A stretch of 38,808 nucleotides of DNA from Octopus bimaculoides (taxonomy: Eukaryota): the NCBI RefSeq assembly GCF_001194135.2, contig NC_068988.1, positions 61,488,982-61,527,789 of the forward strand, read 5' to 3'. Within the stretch, counting starts at the first letter, position 1. The number at the start of each line of letters is the position of its first letter. A program made the translations under genes and the position numbers. Shown in pieces: positions 26,613 to 38,062 of this stretch. The notes under the pieces are model-generated. The model saw only the letters and a list, made by a program, of their open reading frames with translations. It did not search any database and was not told the origin of the DNA.

Positions 26613-27089
26613 CGAGTGGTGTACTAGAAGTTAAGTTGTAATAGCAGAAATGTTTGTATAGTGGCCCCTACTGAGAATCGCGTATCAAAAGATGAAAGCA
26701 TTATTGTACGTGTGTGTTTAGGAAATTCGTTTTGTGAGCTGTGTAGTTCCGGTTTCAATTCTTTTCACAGATATACGTACACCTCCACCTTAAGAAAGTG
26801 AACCAAAGGAATGTAATTATACATGTTCTAAGATGTCAGCTAAAATTTTGCATAAGTGGGGACTTTTCATTGTTGAGTGGTTCGTAGTCTATGTAAGAAT
26901 CTCTGACGATAGATAAATTTATCTGCTGAGATAAAAATTGCTAAAAGTATTGTATAACCCCACAAAAATACGAAACATATTCAAGAAATTTACTACCTAA
27001 TAAACTGTTAATTAGTATATCTAGAAAAATAGAGTACAAATCTCATTTTATTGTTTAATAAATCCATTGTTATTACTATTATTAATAAG

Positions 27090-27240
27090 TTCGTGAGTTC
27101 AAATTCCGCTAAGGTCGATTCTACTTTTCATCGTTTTGGAGTCGATAAATTAAGTACCAGTGAAACACTGATGTCGATGCAATTGACTAGTCACTTTCCC
27201 CAAATTTCAGGCCTTGTGCCAATAGCAGAAAAAATTATTA
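27090..27240 (+). mobile_element. SINE family A, 5'-truncated
   Basis: gagttcaaattccgctaaggtcga...gtcgataaattaagtaccag...caggccttgtgcc. Confidence 0.85.
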
Positions 27241-29095
27241 ATACGTTCGAATATTTTCTATCTGTCTTTTTATTTTGTGCACGTTTTTTAAATGCAAGCG
27301 CACGCTGTATCTTGTACTGTTGTGGATGTTTTAGGCTACGCTTGATTCGATTAATGAAATGATTATTATTAACATTTTAAAGGTATCACATGCTTGTCTA
27401 TTTACCAGTTTATGTTAACTAGTTTATGCTAAATTGAAGATTGTTGACAAGTTTCCTCAAATCTCAAGAATCGTTTTTAGATTTTTGCAGAATACAAAAT
27501 GTCAATTTTGTTCAGGTTCATCGTGCATAGCACAGTACAAATAAATTTTGGTGATTTCGGTGCTGTGCCAAAAGTATCAATTACCACATTAGTAATTCAC
27601 ACCTTTCTCTTCAACACACTCATCACTCTGGCTGTGTCTTTATATTGCTTAACTTCCTAAATTACTTTGTAGACCATAAATTACTATGATACACCGAACA
27701 CTACGAACATTTTCCCCTCTACTCTCATAACCGATCTCCTTGCTTCAATAGAATAGTCAGTTTTTATGAAGAGATCCCATAAATCCTGTAATTATCATTC
27801 ATTATCACAGACTTTGACTCGTGTTGAGACTACTCATCTGTCACTACGAATCTACAACCTTAGCTTACATCCGAACGACCACTCTTACCAATAAAGCCAT
27901 GTCTATTGGTAAGAGTCTTTTAGTGGTAGTTTACTATATTTACAGAGAAATTGTTAATTTCGTTTTCTTTTCTGCAGATTCTACATTTACTTACCGACCC
28001 AGTTTTATTAATCTTTGCCTATATTAAGTTCACTATGATGGCCTCTTCCTGAGGATGTGAGAATTGTGGGAGAATCATTATTATTAGACATGTTGAAGTA
28101 TTTTTGCATTATTTTACAAGAACTCATTCACGCTAAAATGTCTTGGTATAATTACATTTATTTTAGACAAACTGAGACAATGCCAATTTGTCATACCGGC
28201 AAAGATGGCAATCGAATATATACCGCTGCCAAATGGATTGTAAATACTTTGGAAAAAATTCTGGCCATCTTAAGATCATTCCTCAAACGTCTAGATTATT
28301 GACCCCAATTATAGGCTCTGAATATTGTAAAATTAATAGTGGCACTTAAATTATATCGAACTGCTACACTAAAAAAATGTAACTTAACTCAATGCAAAGA
28401 CTCATCTGCATGGAGTTGATGGAAAATAATGAATCTCTTTCTTAAGTGCACAGGAGGAATGACATGGAATAATATGTGTGGAAGACTCTGTAAGGGCTTA
28501 TACAGCTCAAAAGTATTGACGTAACTGTGAAATGTGTAGTGGTTATACATAGTCTACAAATGTGATTCAAAACTTTAATGACTAAGAATGTTTGTTGTCA
28601 TTAAGACCGTTGGGTTGATTTTGGTAATATTTTATTTTTTTATTACAAAGCATCACTCGTTCACGACAATCATACGTAATACCCGCCATTACATCAGATG
28701 AAGACAGTTATTTCGAAATATATTAGTATTAGCATCGGTTATCTAGCGACATTGTTAGCTATTCCGTAATCTCTGTTAATATAACTATATATAACATGGA
28801 ATCTACCAAGCTAAACAACAAACATAACACAGTCATACTTTGTGTGAATGAAAGTAAGAAATGTGCTTACGTTGCGACACACAATCCAAGCATACAGTGC
28901 AATTGCCACGTTATTTTGTATGCGATATGAGGCAGTTGTTTAAGAATTGTGTCTCGCTATGGCGCCAAATGGAATTTACTAAATGCTATTTTTATTTGCT
29001 ATTGTTTTCTAAATGCTCTAAGCATGAATTACTCCGAAACTGTAATGGTTTTATTTTATATGTATTTATAAAGAATTATTTCGTTTTATATATCG

Positions 29096-29131
<36 letters not shown>

Positions 29132-29611
29132 TTCAGATAAAAGGATGGCTGTAAAGATATACATTTAGTTGTTGGCTTTTTATTTGTTGTAAATTGATGG
29201 AAAATAAATACTGGTATATCTACTTTTAAAAGCTTTCTTTGTCTCTTGTAAAACAAATGCGATTAAAATTCATGAGATTATATTAACGCATATCTACTTC
29301 AAACATAAGGTGTATTATATCTGTTATTTTAGCTCTTTGTATGCATATACGTATGCATTAATACGTGTCCATGCACATTCGCCTATAGCCGTGTAGTTAT
29401 ATATATATATATGTATGAAACATGCCAAAAGTAATTTATAAATTTGCAAGTAAACGTGTGTGTAAAGATATATTGTTTATATTTCGATGAATTCTTTTAT
29501 ATTTGATGCAATCTAATGTTGCGGGCATAAATATATATATATATATATGTGTGTGTGTGCGTGTGTGTGTGTGCGTTTATATGCACGTGTGTGTATATGT
29601 GCGTATTTATG

Positions 29612-29645
<34 letters not shown>

Positions 29646-29741
29646 NNNNNNNNNNNNNNNNNNNNNNNNNNNNNNNNNNNNNNNNNNNNNNNNNNNNNNN
29701 NNNNNNNNNNNNNNNNNNNNNNNNNNNNNNNNNNNNNNNNN
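29646..29741. other. Assembly gap flanked by (TA)n
   Basis: N run. Confidence 0.99.
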
Positions 29742-30506
29742 TATATATATGCATTCGTGTATATACTCAGTGTAGTTCAAACAATTTCTACATTTGCATG
29801 CATTTATCTATTCTAATGTGTTTCTGTGTGAATTATGCCAAGTGTTGTTTGTTTGTGGCTAGTCTGCATGGTGGGAATAAAATCACATTTGTTTATATGA
29901 ATATATTTTATTCTGATGTTAATTTTGTTTTGTAGTATCTGTCAATGTATTTATGTATCCTCTAGACATAAAGACGAAAGACTACAATTCTGGTTTTGCT
30001 CTATTCACACCCAATTTGTTTTGTTTTGAACTTAGATTTTACCAACCAACAAATAGCTCGTCAATTTTAATATCTTTTTTTGCATGATAAGCGTGGAATA
30101 ATTACATATTGTGAAAGCTTCTTAGAGTTATATGAACTAAGCTCTTGAAAGCTTATGCAATATTCATAGACACAGTGTTTCGACAAAGTTGCAATATAGT
30201 TTATAAGTTTTAATGGCATGCTTCATCCACTTATTACTTGAACTTCAGCCGATTCCCAAAATGCGTACAGTAGGATTTCACATAGCTAATATATATATAT
30301 ATGAGTTTAGAGGGATATATTATTCAGGTGGATACCGCGGTAACTCTCAATTAGTATTGAACGTCTATGACTACAAGCAGTTCTCACTCACGTTGTAAAT
30401 TCCTCCGAACGGTAATTCCGTGATCGCTTCATTGGATGATAATATTATCTGGATTGTATATTTCCAATAATAATTGATTGCACATAAAGGATGGGTTGTA
30501 CATAAA

Positions 30507-30620
30507 GGGTGCAGAGCTTGCACCAAAAACCTGCTGGTTGAGAATCCGACTGGGCTTAAACCGGAAGTAAAATTCATTTACCACTTTGATGTGGCTACGC
30601 GCTTTACTGTTTAGTATACG
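30507..30620. repeat. 114-bp direct repeat, copy 1
   Basis: Gapless manual alignment to 30866-30979 with 15 mismatches (about 87% identity). Confidence 0.9.
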
Positions 30621-30689
30621 TTACTACTCTATCTCTTCTGGAGATTTTATAGCTAGCTACTTTGCTTCTTGCAAATCAGTGACCGATGG

Positions 30690-30830
30690 TCACTTTAATT
30701 GCAATATATCGCTGGCAGCAGCGCATCATAGTTATCACTCCATTGCGCAGGTGCGCGCGGCTGACGTAAGCCAAATAACTAGAAACCGGCCGGTCCCGCG
30801 ATTCTGTAAGCCGTTTGAGGGTAGTAGACT
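30690..30830. promoter_or_regulatory. CpG-rich, motif-rich island, possibly regulatory
   Basis: tgcgcaggtgcgc (NRF1-like, 30744), tgacgtaa (CRE-like, 30762), palindrome accggccggt (30785); ETS-type ccggaagt nearby at 30561. Confidence 0.3.
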
Positions 30831-30865
30831 TTCGCTCCCCTTGCTAGTGATGTATTCTATATAAT

Positions 30866-30979
30866 GGGTGCAGAACTTGCACCGAAAACAAGCTGGTAGA
30901 GAATCCGCCTGGGTTTAAACTAGTAGTAACATTCATTAGCCACTTGGATGTGGCTACACGCTTTACTGTTTAGTATACG
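30866..30979. repeat. 114-bp direct repeat, copy 2
   Basis: See copy 1; offset 359 bp. Confidence 0.9.
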
Positions 30980-30999
30980 AAATGACACTATATATATAT

Positions 31000-31308
31000 N
31001 NNNNNNNNNNNNNNNNNNNNNNNNNNNNNNNNNNNNNNNNNNNNNNNNNNNNNNNNNNNNNNNNNNNNNNNNNNNNNNNNNNNNNNNNNNNNNNNNNNNN
31101 NNNNNNNNNNNNNNNNNNNNNNNNNNNNNNNNNNNNNNNNNNNNNNNNNNNNNNNNNNNNNNNNNNNNNNNNNNNNNNNNNNNNNNNNNNNNNNNNNNNN
31201 NNNNNNNNNNNNNNNNNNNNNNNNNNNNNNNNNNNNNNNNNNNNNNNNNNNNNNNNNNNNNNNNNNNNNNNNNNNNNNNNNNNNNNNNNNNNNNNNNNNN
31301 NNNNNNNN
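31000..31308. other. Assembly gap flanked by (TA)n
   Basis: N run. Confidence 0.99.
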
Positions 31309-32226
31309 ATATATATATATATATATACAGACACACACAAACACACATATATAGAGAGAGTCAGAGGTCCGACAGGTACAATTGTTAACACCTATGGTTC
31401 TTAAATTTAAATTCTTTTTAATCGGTCTTGCTTAGATTGTCCAGAAATTTCTATGAGCTGAAATGTTTTAGTTGCCTCCCTTGTTTGTTACATTAATATT
31501 TTAATCACTCCTAAAAAAAGCAGCTTTGTTTAACTATCTCTTCAAATAATATCAGTTGTGCGATCACGTTCAAATCTCTATAAATTGCCTATGCAATACG
31601 CAGCCGTTTTCGCATGTGCTGAAGTTTACAGCAAGACTATAGAATATTTGTAAAAAACTGTAACAAACTTATTTCTTTAAAAATAAAATTAGTTTTGTGA
31701 TATTTATATTTGGAAATTGTAATATTTAGTTTACTCTGAGACTGCGAAAAGTCATCTGCTTTATTTAGAACTATAGCCTGGCGCATGTTGATTACTGAAC
31801 TCCAAAAGAAAATATCTAAAGAAATTACATTTCTATATTTTCCAAATTTATTCAACGAAACATATTAAGGTGAGACGTGTGTCTATAGATTTCTCCACTT
31901 CAGTAAATATTGATTTTCGTTTTATTGTGCAAGAACAAGTTTATCAGTTTTATAGGAATTGGGATATAAAGTTATATGTTGTTTAAATGTTTTCTGTTTA
32001 GAAGGTGGACGCAGAAAGGTGGATCTAGAAAATAAATGTTGAAGTTTAGTGCATGACCAAGATAATAAAACAATTGTAACATGAAGGAAGTTTGTATGGG
32101 TCAATTATCCGTCGATAACTAAAATAAATGAAAATGACACACAAGATAGTAATATGTTTACAGTTATAATTCTTATTAGCAAATCACTGCCTTCTGTGTG
32201 TTTTACTGATGATTTATATTATATAC

Positions 32227-32595
32227 CTGTGTGGTAAGTAGCTGGCTTACCAATCACATCGTCCGGGTTCGGTCTCACTGAGTGGCACATTGGGTGAGTG
32301 TCTTCTATTATAGCCTCGGGTCGACTAAAGCCTTGTGAGTGGATATGGTAGATGGAAACTGAAAGAAGCTTGTCGTATATATGTATGTGTGTATATGTTT
32401 GTGTGTGTCCCCCAACATTGCTTGACAACTGATCTTGGTGTGTTTACGCCCCCGTAACTTAGCGGTTCGGCATATAAGTAGAATAAGTACTAGGCTTACA
32501 AAGAGTAAGTCCTGGGGTCGACTTGCTCGACTAAAGGCGGTGCTCCAGCATGGCTACATTAAAATGACTGAAACAAGTAGAAGAGTAAAAAAGAG
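32227..32595 (+). mobile_element. SINE family B, near full length
   Basis: tRNA-like head ctgtgtggtaagtagctggcttaccaatcac...gggttcggtctc, internal (TA/TG) microsatellite, tail cagcatggc...aatgactgaaacaagta. Confidence 0.9.
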
Positions 32596-32949
32596 TATCC
32601 GCGTGGAAAAGACGACGATGTAGTGATTTCCAAAGAGCGGAACTTCCAGGAAAGTAGCTAATAGAATGTAAGTACTTATGACTAACATGAAGCTCATCAG
32701 AGTAAATGGTAAAGATATAGGTCATCTTGAAAATGATTTACAACATAACACACACACATTGGAAATGTCTGACTCAGTACTGTAGTTAAAAGAATTATTT
32801 AAAATGTTAGAGAGAAGTATGGTGTATGATTATTGATCTTGGATCCGATGTGCAGGTGGTTTTATCATACGATCGATCACAGCTATGATTTAAGGGGTTG
32901 CAAACGTTATGAAGACATTTGTGTGAACTGCGGTAGTAATACGTACAGG

Positions 32950-33148
32950 GTGTTAGCAGGCTGGGCAAAATGGTTAGCGGTATGTCACCCGTCAGTACAT
33001 CCTGAGTTCAAGTTCCGCCGAAGTCGACTTTGCCGTTCATCCTTTCGGGTCGATGAAATAACTACCAATTACGCACTGGGGTCGATAAAATCGACTATCT
33101 TCCCCTCACAAATTTCAGACCTTGTTCCTATAGTAGAAAAGAATATTT
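32950..33148 (+). mobile_element. SINE family A monomer
   Basis: gttagc...gggcaaaatggttagcggtat...gagttcaagttccgccgaagtcgactttgcc...gtagaaaagaatatt. Confidence 0.9.
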
Positions 33149-33397
33149 AGCAGTGTGAGTAGCAAACTAAAGGGTCCTTCGCTAGTCCAAACTCGCTGGA
33201 GTTTAAAGTATTGCTCATATTTTACTTATCTGTCACTTTTTCGAACCACTTCAACATATAAAAAGTTAAAGTACTTTAATGTACAGGGACAAGCAAAGTA
33301 CCTGCAAGGAGAGGCAGAATGATTCTGTCTTGACTACACTGCGCTCTGACAACTCTGAATTTTATATTGACAACTAAACTAATTGTCACATTGTCAC

Positions 33398-33440
<43 letters not shown>

Positions 33441-33487
33441 ACACACACACACACACACACACAAATATATATATATATATATAAAGG

Positions 33488-33609
33488 NNNNNNNNNNNNN
33501 NNNNNNNNNNNNNNNNNNNNNNNNNNNNNNNNNNNNNNNNNNNNNNNNNNNNNNNNNNNNNNNNNNNNNNNNNNNNNNNNNNNNNNNNNNNNNNNNNNNN
33601 NNNNNNNNN
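33488..33609. other. Assembly gap
   Basis: N run. Confidence 0.99.
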
Positions 33610-33612
33610 TAT

Positions 33613-33643
<31 letters not shown>

Positions 33644-34270
33644 CACACAAATACATGCATTCATACATAGACACACATATAGATGTATCAGTGTCTAGCT
33701 CGTTGTATTTGCGTTAGCGTTTGTACTACCCACTGTTTGACCACCGATGTTGATGGTTGTGTTGTTGTTGTTGCTGTTTTGTGTAGTGGTTTTCGTACTA
33801 GTTTTTTTTTTTTTTGTATTCGTGTTATTGTTCTTGAAGATCTCCCTTTTAGTGTTCTTTGTATTCTAGATTATATATAATTTATTGGTTATTTTTGTTC
33901 TGCTCATGCAGCAATTGTCATCAGTTATCTGCAGATTACGCAGTTTTAATCCGTCTGAATTATGATTAACTGCATTCCAGTTAATCAACAATCTGTACCT
34001 TTGATAGATTAGTTGTGCTTAGGAATTCAAGCAACCACAAGTAGACAACCTAGATGTCTAAAAATTATGAAGTTTCTTCACATGAGATACAGAGAATTGC
34101 AAATACCAGGCATATTGTAACACAGACGGAAAGAGCAAGAAAGAGATAGGCGATAAGAGACTAGTGCGGAGAGATATATGCGGTGACTTTGATATAATAC
34201 CTTATAAGGATATTACTAAAGAAGGTTATATTTCTGGGTGTGGATTTCTAGGTATGACTAGATAGTACTA

Positions 34271-34336
<66 letters not shown>

Positions 34337-34351
34337 CCTACCTACCTACCT
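34271..34351. repeat. (ATCT)n then (ACCT)n tetranucleotide repeat
   Basis: Direct reading. Confidence 0.95.
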
Positions 34352-34389
34352 ATCTATCCAGCTAGATATTGCAAGATAGATACATACGA

Positions 34390-34578
34390 GGCAGCTAACT
34401 GGCATTATCATAAGCTTTGCAAAATGACGGAGTTTTATTATTTCTGTGTTCGAATTCCGTTGAGGTCAGCATTGCTTTTCGTCCATTCGGATTTGGTCAA
34501 ATAATTACGAGTTCGTAGTTTGTAGTAAACTTCCCTGTCCCCCGAATTTCCTGACCTTGTGCCAACATCCGGAATCAA
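34390..34578 (+). mobile_element. Degenerate SINE family A copy
   Basis: ctggca...gtgttcgaattccgttgaggtc...ttcctgaccttgtgcc. Confidence 0.65.
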
Positions 34579-34662
34579 GCTATGTGTGCGTGTCAGTGTG
34601 TCTCTGTGTGTGAGTGTGTGTGTCTCTGTCCGTCTGTCTATCTCTCTCTATATATATGCATA

Positions 34663-34707
<45 letters not shown>

Positions 34708-35188
34708 GCATTTGTATGTATAATGTCTGTCTGTCTCTCTCTCTCTGTGTATGTATATGTATATATGTGCATATATATATATTATATATGTGTGTGTATA
34801 CACATTTACATAGAAACATACGTTATATACACACACACATATATATTAAGAAAGAGAGGAGGGAGAGAAAGAGACAAAGAGAGAGTTTTGATCTGTCATT
34901 GCATATGACAAAAGAGCAAAGTTCAGCGGATGTAATGATCAAAAACTTGTAGAATGGCTTTTATAAAGGGGACATTTAACATTAAGTTAATCTATTAAAA
35001 GATGAAAATGGTAAAATCTCACACGAATCCGTCATAAATATACTTACATTAAGTAGTCGGCATTAGTATTCATATAAAGATATATTCATAAATGTATTCA
35101 CAAGGTAATTCACAGACAGAAATGCACATACAATATGCATATTATTCTATGCGCAGAAATATGTATATATATATATATATATATATAT

Positions 35189-35240
35189 NNNNNNNNNNNN
35201 NNNNNNNNNNNNNNNNNNNNNNNNNNNNNNNNNNNNNNNN
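35189..35240. other. Assembly gap
   Basis: N run. Confidence 0.99.
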
Positions 35241-35774
35241 TGTGTGTGTGTAAATATATAAAAACAAAAAGATAAAGAAAGCAAAGGTAAGGTTGGAGAA
35301 GTATTTTATGGATAGAGTCTTACAGCTGTTTCTGGGAAGATCCAGTACTTCCCTTCATCGGAGACAGAAAAAATGAAGTAATCTATTATTATATCCATAG
35401 GCGGATATTTTTTGTATAATAGAGAACAGTACTTGAAGTGTAGATTCATTCCAGTGGTAAATATCCGTGTAGAAATCCGTGCAAAGTAATCCTTGTGTGG
35501 ATAATCCGGAAATTTATGTTGGAGCGAAAGTTGATATAACATAGATAGCAGAGGTACATATATTCCATATTGCGATGGATTTTTTGCTTGTTTACTTGAA
35601 GAATGGCCAAATCAAGTGAAAAGAGAGCGGTAATTAGGTCAAGTCATGAAGACAGAATGTGAAAAGGGATAGAGGAGAGATAGAGGCGGAGGATGGTAGC
35701 GATATATTTATGGTCAGTTGGTCTCAACAGGGTAGAGGGGTTGAGCATATAGAGTGAAGGAGGAATAGGGGATG
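35241..35774 (-). repeat. Left inverted arm; minus-strand sequence of similar composition continues to about 36070
   Basis: Reverse complement aligns to 37369-37936 with scattered substitutions and one indel of about 30 bp. Confidence 0.95.
35317..35365 (-). ncRNA. Minimal type I hammerhead ribozyme fold (U4C variant)
   Basis: Minus strand: gtct-CCGATGA-a-gggaag-tactggat-cttccc-a-GAAA-cagctg-TA-agac. Helix I gtct/agac, helix II 6 bp, helix III palindrome acagctgt, GUA cleavage triplet. Confidence 0.75.
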
Positions 35775-36078
35775 AGGTTAAAAGGTCTAGTGAGTAGGAA
35801 GGAATGCGTGTGTGTAGTATATAGGTGGTGGGGGTATGAGTGATAAACCAAGGACAGAGATAAAGGGAAGGGATGGGTGGGAAAGGTAGTCAGTAGTATC
35901 ATATTTTAGGATGCTGCCAAGCCTATTTATAGACGGAGGAAAGGGATTGAAAGAAGCGACGTAGTCTGTATGCGTAGGTGGTGTTCTTGTGAATTTGAGA
36001 ATAGAAGAAATAGATTTGATGGTATATGTGTGGTGAGATGATCGAAAGGAAATAATCCTATTCAAAAGATGGTGAAAC

Positions 36079-36391
36079 ATGGATGTTTTTGCCAATATGT
36101 TTGAAGCGGACAGATATTCTACCACTCCTAACTTTGAATCTATTATAGCAGCTTCTAACAAACATAAACTCTCGCTCTATTACCAAAATCTAAGCAACCG
36201 TAACTATGCTAGCACCAGCACCCGACCCACACATACATCCAACACGGACATCAATATACGTTCTTCTAACACTAACGCTCGTACATTGGAACAAAACCAC
36301 AATGGATCCCAACCCAGTAATATTCTAGACAATAACAATACCAATAATAACACTGATAGGACAAATAGCCATAACAATAATTCCACTGATC
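36079..36391 (+). pseudogene. ORF fragment of the putative PLE (Asn/Thr/Ser-rich, linker-like), runs into the gap
   Basis: 104 open codons, MDVFANMFEADRYSTTPNFESIIAASNKHKLSLYYQNL then NTNNNTDRTNSHNNNSTD; CA-rich sense strand like the right arm. No diagnostic domain seen. Confidence 0.35.
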
Positions 36392-37368
36392 NNNNNNNNN
36401 NNNNNNNNNNNNNNNNNNNNNNNNNNNNNNNNNNNNNNNNNNNNNNNNNNNNNNNNNNNNNNNNNNNNNNNNNNNNNNNNNNNNNNNNNNNNNNNNNNNN
36501 NNNNNNNNNNNNNNNNNNNNNNNNNNNNNNNNNNNNNNNNNNNNNNNNNNNNNNNNNNNNNNNNNNNNNNNNNNNNNNNNNNNNNNNNNNNNNNNNNNNN
36601 NNNNNNNNNNNNNNNNNNNNNNNNNNNNNNNNNNNNNNNNNNNNNNNNNNNNNNNNNNNNNNNNNNNNNNNNNNNNNNNNNNNNNNNNNNNNNNNNNNNN
36701 NNNNNNNNNNNNNNNNNNNNNNNNNNNNNNNNNNNNNNNNNNNNNNNNNNNNNNNNNNNNNNNNNNNNNNNNNNNNNNNNNNNNNNNNNNNNNNNNNNNN
36801 NNNNNNNNNNNNNNNNNNNNNNNNNNNNNNNNNNNNNNNNNNNNNNNNNNNNNNNNNNNNNNNNNNNNNNNNNNNNNNNNNNNNNNNNNNNNNNNNNNNN
36901 NNNNNNNNNNNNNNNNNNNNNNNNNNNNNNNNNNNNNNNNNNNNNNNNNNNNNNNNNNNNNNNNNNNNNNNNNNNNNNNNNNNNNNNNNNNNNNNNNNNN
37001 NNNNNNNNNNNNNNNNNNNNNNNNNNNNNNNNNNNNNNNNNNNNNNNNNNNNNNNNNNNNNNNNNNNNNNNNNNNNNNNNNNNNNNNNNNNNNNNNNNNN
37101 NNNNNNNNNNNNNNNNNNNNNNNNNNNNNNNNNNNNNNNNNNNNNNNNNNNNNNNNNNNNNNNNNNNNNNNNNNNNNNNNNNNNNNNNNNNNNNNNNNNN
37201 NNNNNNNNNNNNNNNNNNNNNNNNNNNNNNNNNNNNNNNNNNNNNNNNNNNNNNNNNNNNNNNNNNNNNNNNNNNNNNNNNNNNNNNNNNNNNNNNNNNN
37301 NNNNNNNNNNNNNNNNNNNNNNNNNNNNNNNNNNNNNNNNNNNNNNNNNNNNNNNNNNNNNNNNNNNN
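36392..37368. other. Assembly gap inside the putative PLE
   Basis: N run. Confidence 0.99.
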
Positions 37369-37936
37369 CATCCCCCTATTCCTCCTTCACTCTATATACT
37401 CATCACCTCTACCCTGTTAAGACCAACTGACCATAAATATATCGCTACCATCCTCCGCCTCTATCTCTCCTCTATCCCTTTTCACATTCTGTCTTCATGA
37501 CTTGACCTAATTACCGCTCTCTTTTCACTTGATTTGGCCATTCTTCAAATAAACAAGCAAAAATCCATCGCAATTTGCAACATATGTACCTCTGCTATCT
37601 ATGCTATATCAACTTTCGCTCCAACATAAATTTCCGGATTATCCACACAAGGATTACTTTGCACGGATTTCTACACGGATATTTTTTACCACTGGAATGA
37701 ATCTACACTTCAAGTACTGTTCTCTCTTTTTTCAGCACATCACACTCTTTACCACTTCATACAAAAAATATCCGCCTATGGATATAATAATAGTTTACTT
37801 CATTTTTTCTGTCTCCGATGAAGGGAAGTATTGGAACTTCCCAGAAACAGCTGTAAGACTCCATCCATAAAATACTTCTACAAACTGACATTTGCTCTCT
37901 TTATCTTTTTGTTTTCATATATTTACATATACACAC
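37369..37936 (+). repeat. Right inverted arm
   Basis: Aligns to the reverse complement of 35241-35774. Confidence 0.95.
37811..37859 (+). ncRNA. Minimal type I hammerhead ribozyme fold (U4C variant)
   Basis: gtct-CCGATGA-a-gggaagt-attgga-acttccc-a-GAAA-cagctg-TA-agac; predicted cleavage between 37855 and 37856. Confidence 0.75.
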
Positions 37937-38062
37937 GCTAATACACGACTTATAATACCCAATCCTGTTCATACAACGACTGGGGCAAACTAGTCGGCAT
38001 ACAGCACTTACTCGGTATTACCTGTATCCTCCTGGGTTTGGTTAAATCCAATACCCTGCTCG

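Noticed and set aside
27995-28048. Minus-strand 54-nt exon-like segment
   Set aside because: Stops in all three frames.
28695-28727. cagatgaag...ttcgaaatatatt, a hammerhead-like string
   Set aside because: U4A core, no helix I pairing and a weak helix II; at most a decayed relic.
32227-32300. tRNA-like sequences at SINE heads
   Set aside because: No complete cloverleaf, and they continue directly into SINE bodies; not tRNA genes.
32660-32705. Minus-strand ctgatgag followed by a stem
   Set aside because: No GAAA after the stem.
1993-34952. Many ORFs rich in YI, CV, HT, poly-I, poly-S, poly-F or poly-E
   Set aside because: They are translations of di- and trinucleotide microsatellites.
3754-37500. 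Long ORFs containing X runs (e.g. 11827-12846, 36079-37500)
   Set aside because: Their length comes from N gaps.
35306-37870. Duplicated MLYQLSLQHKFPDY... ORFs (35306-35542 and 37601-37870)
   Set aside because: They are by-products of the inverted arms and overlap the ribozyme motif; no protein family is recognised.
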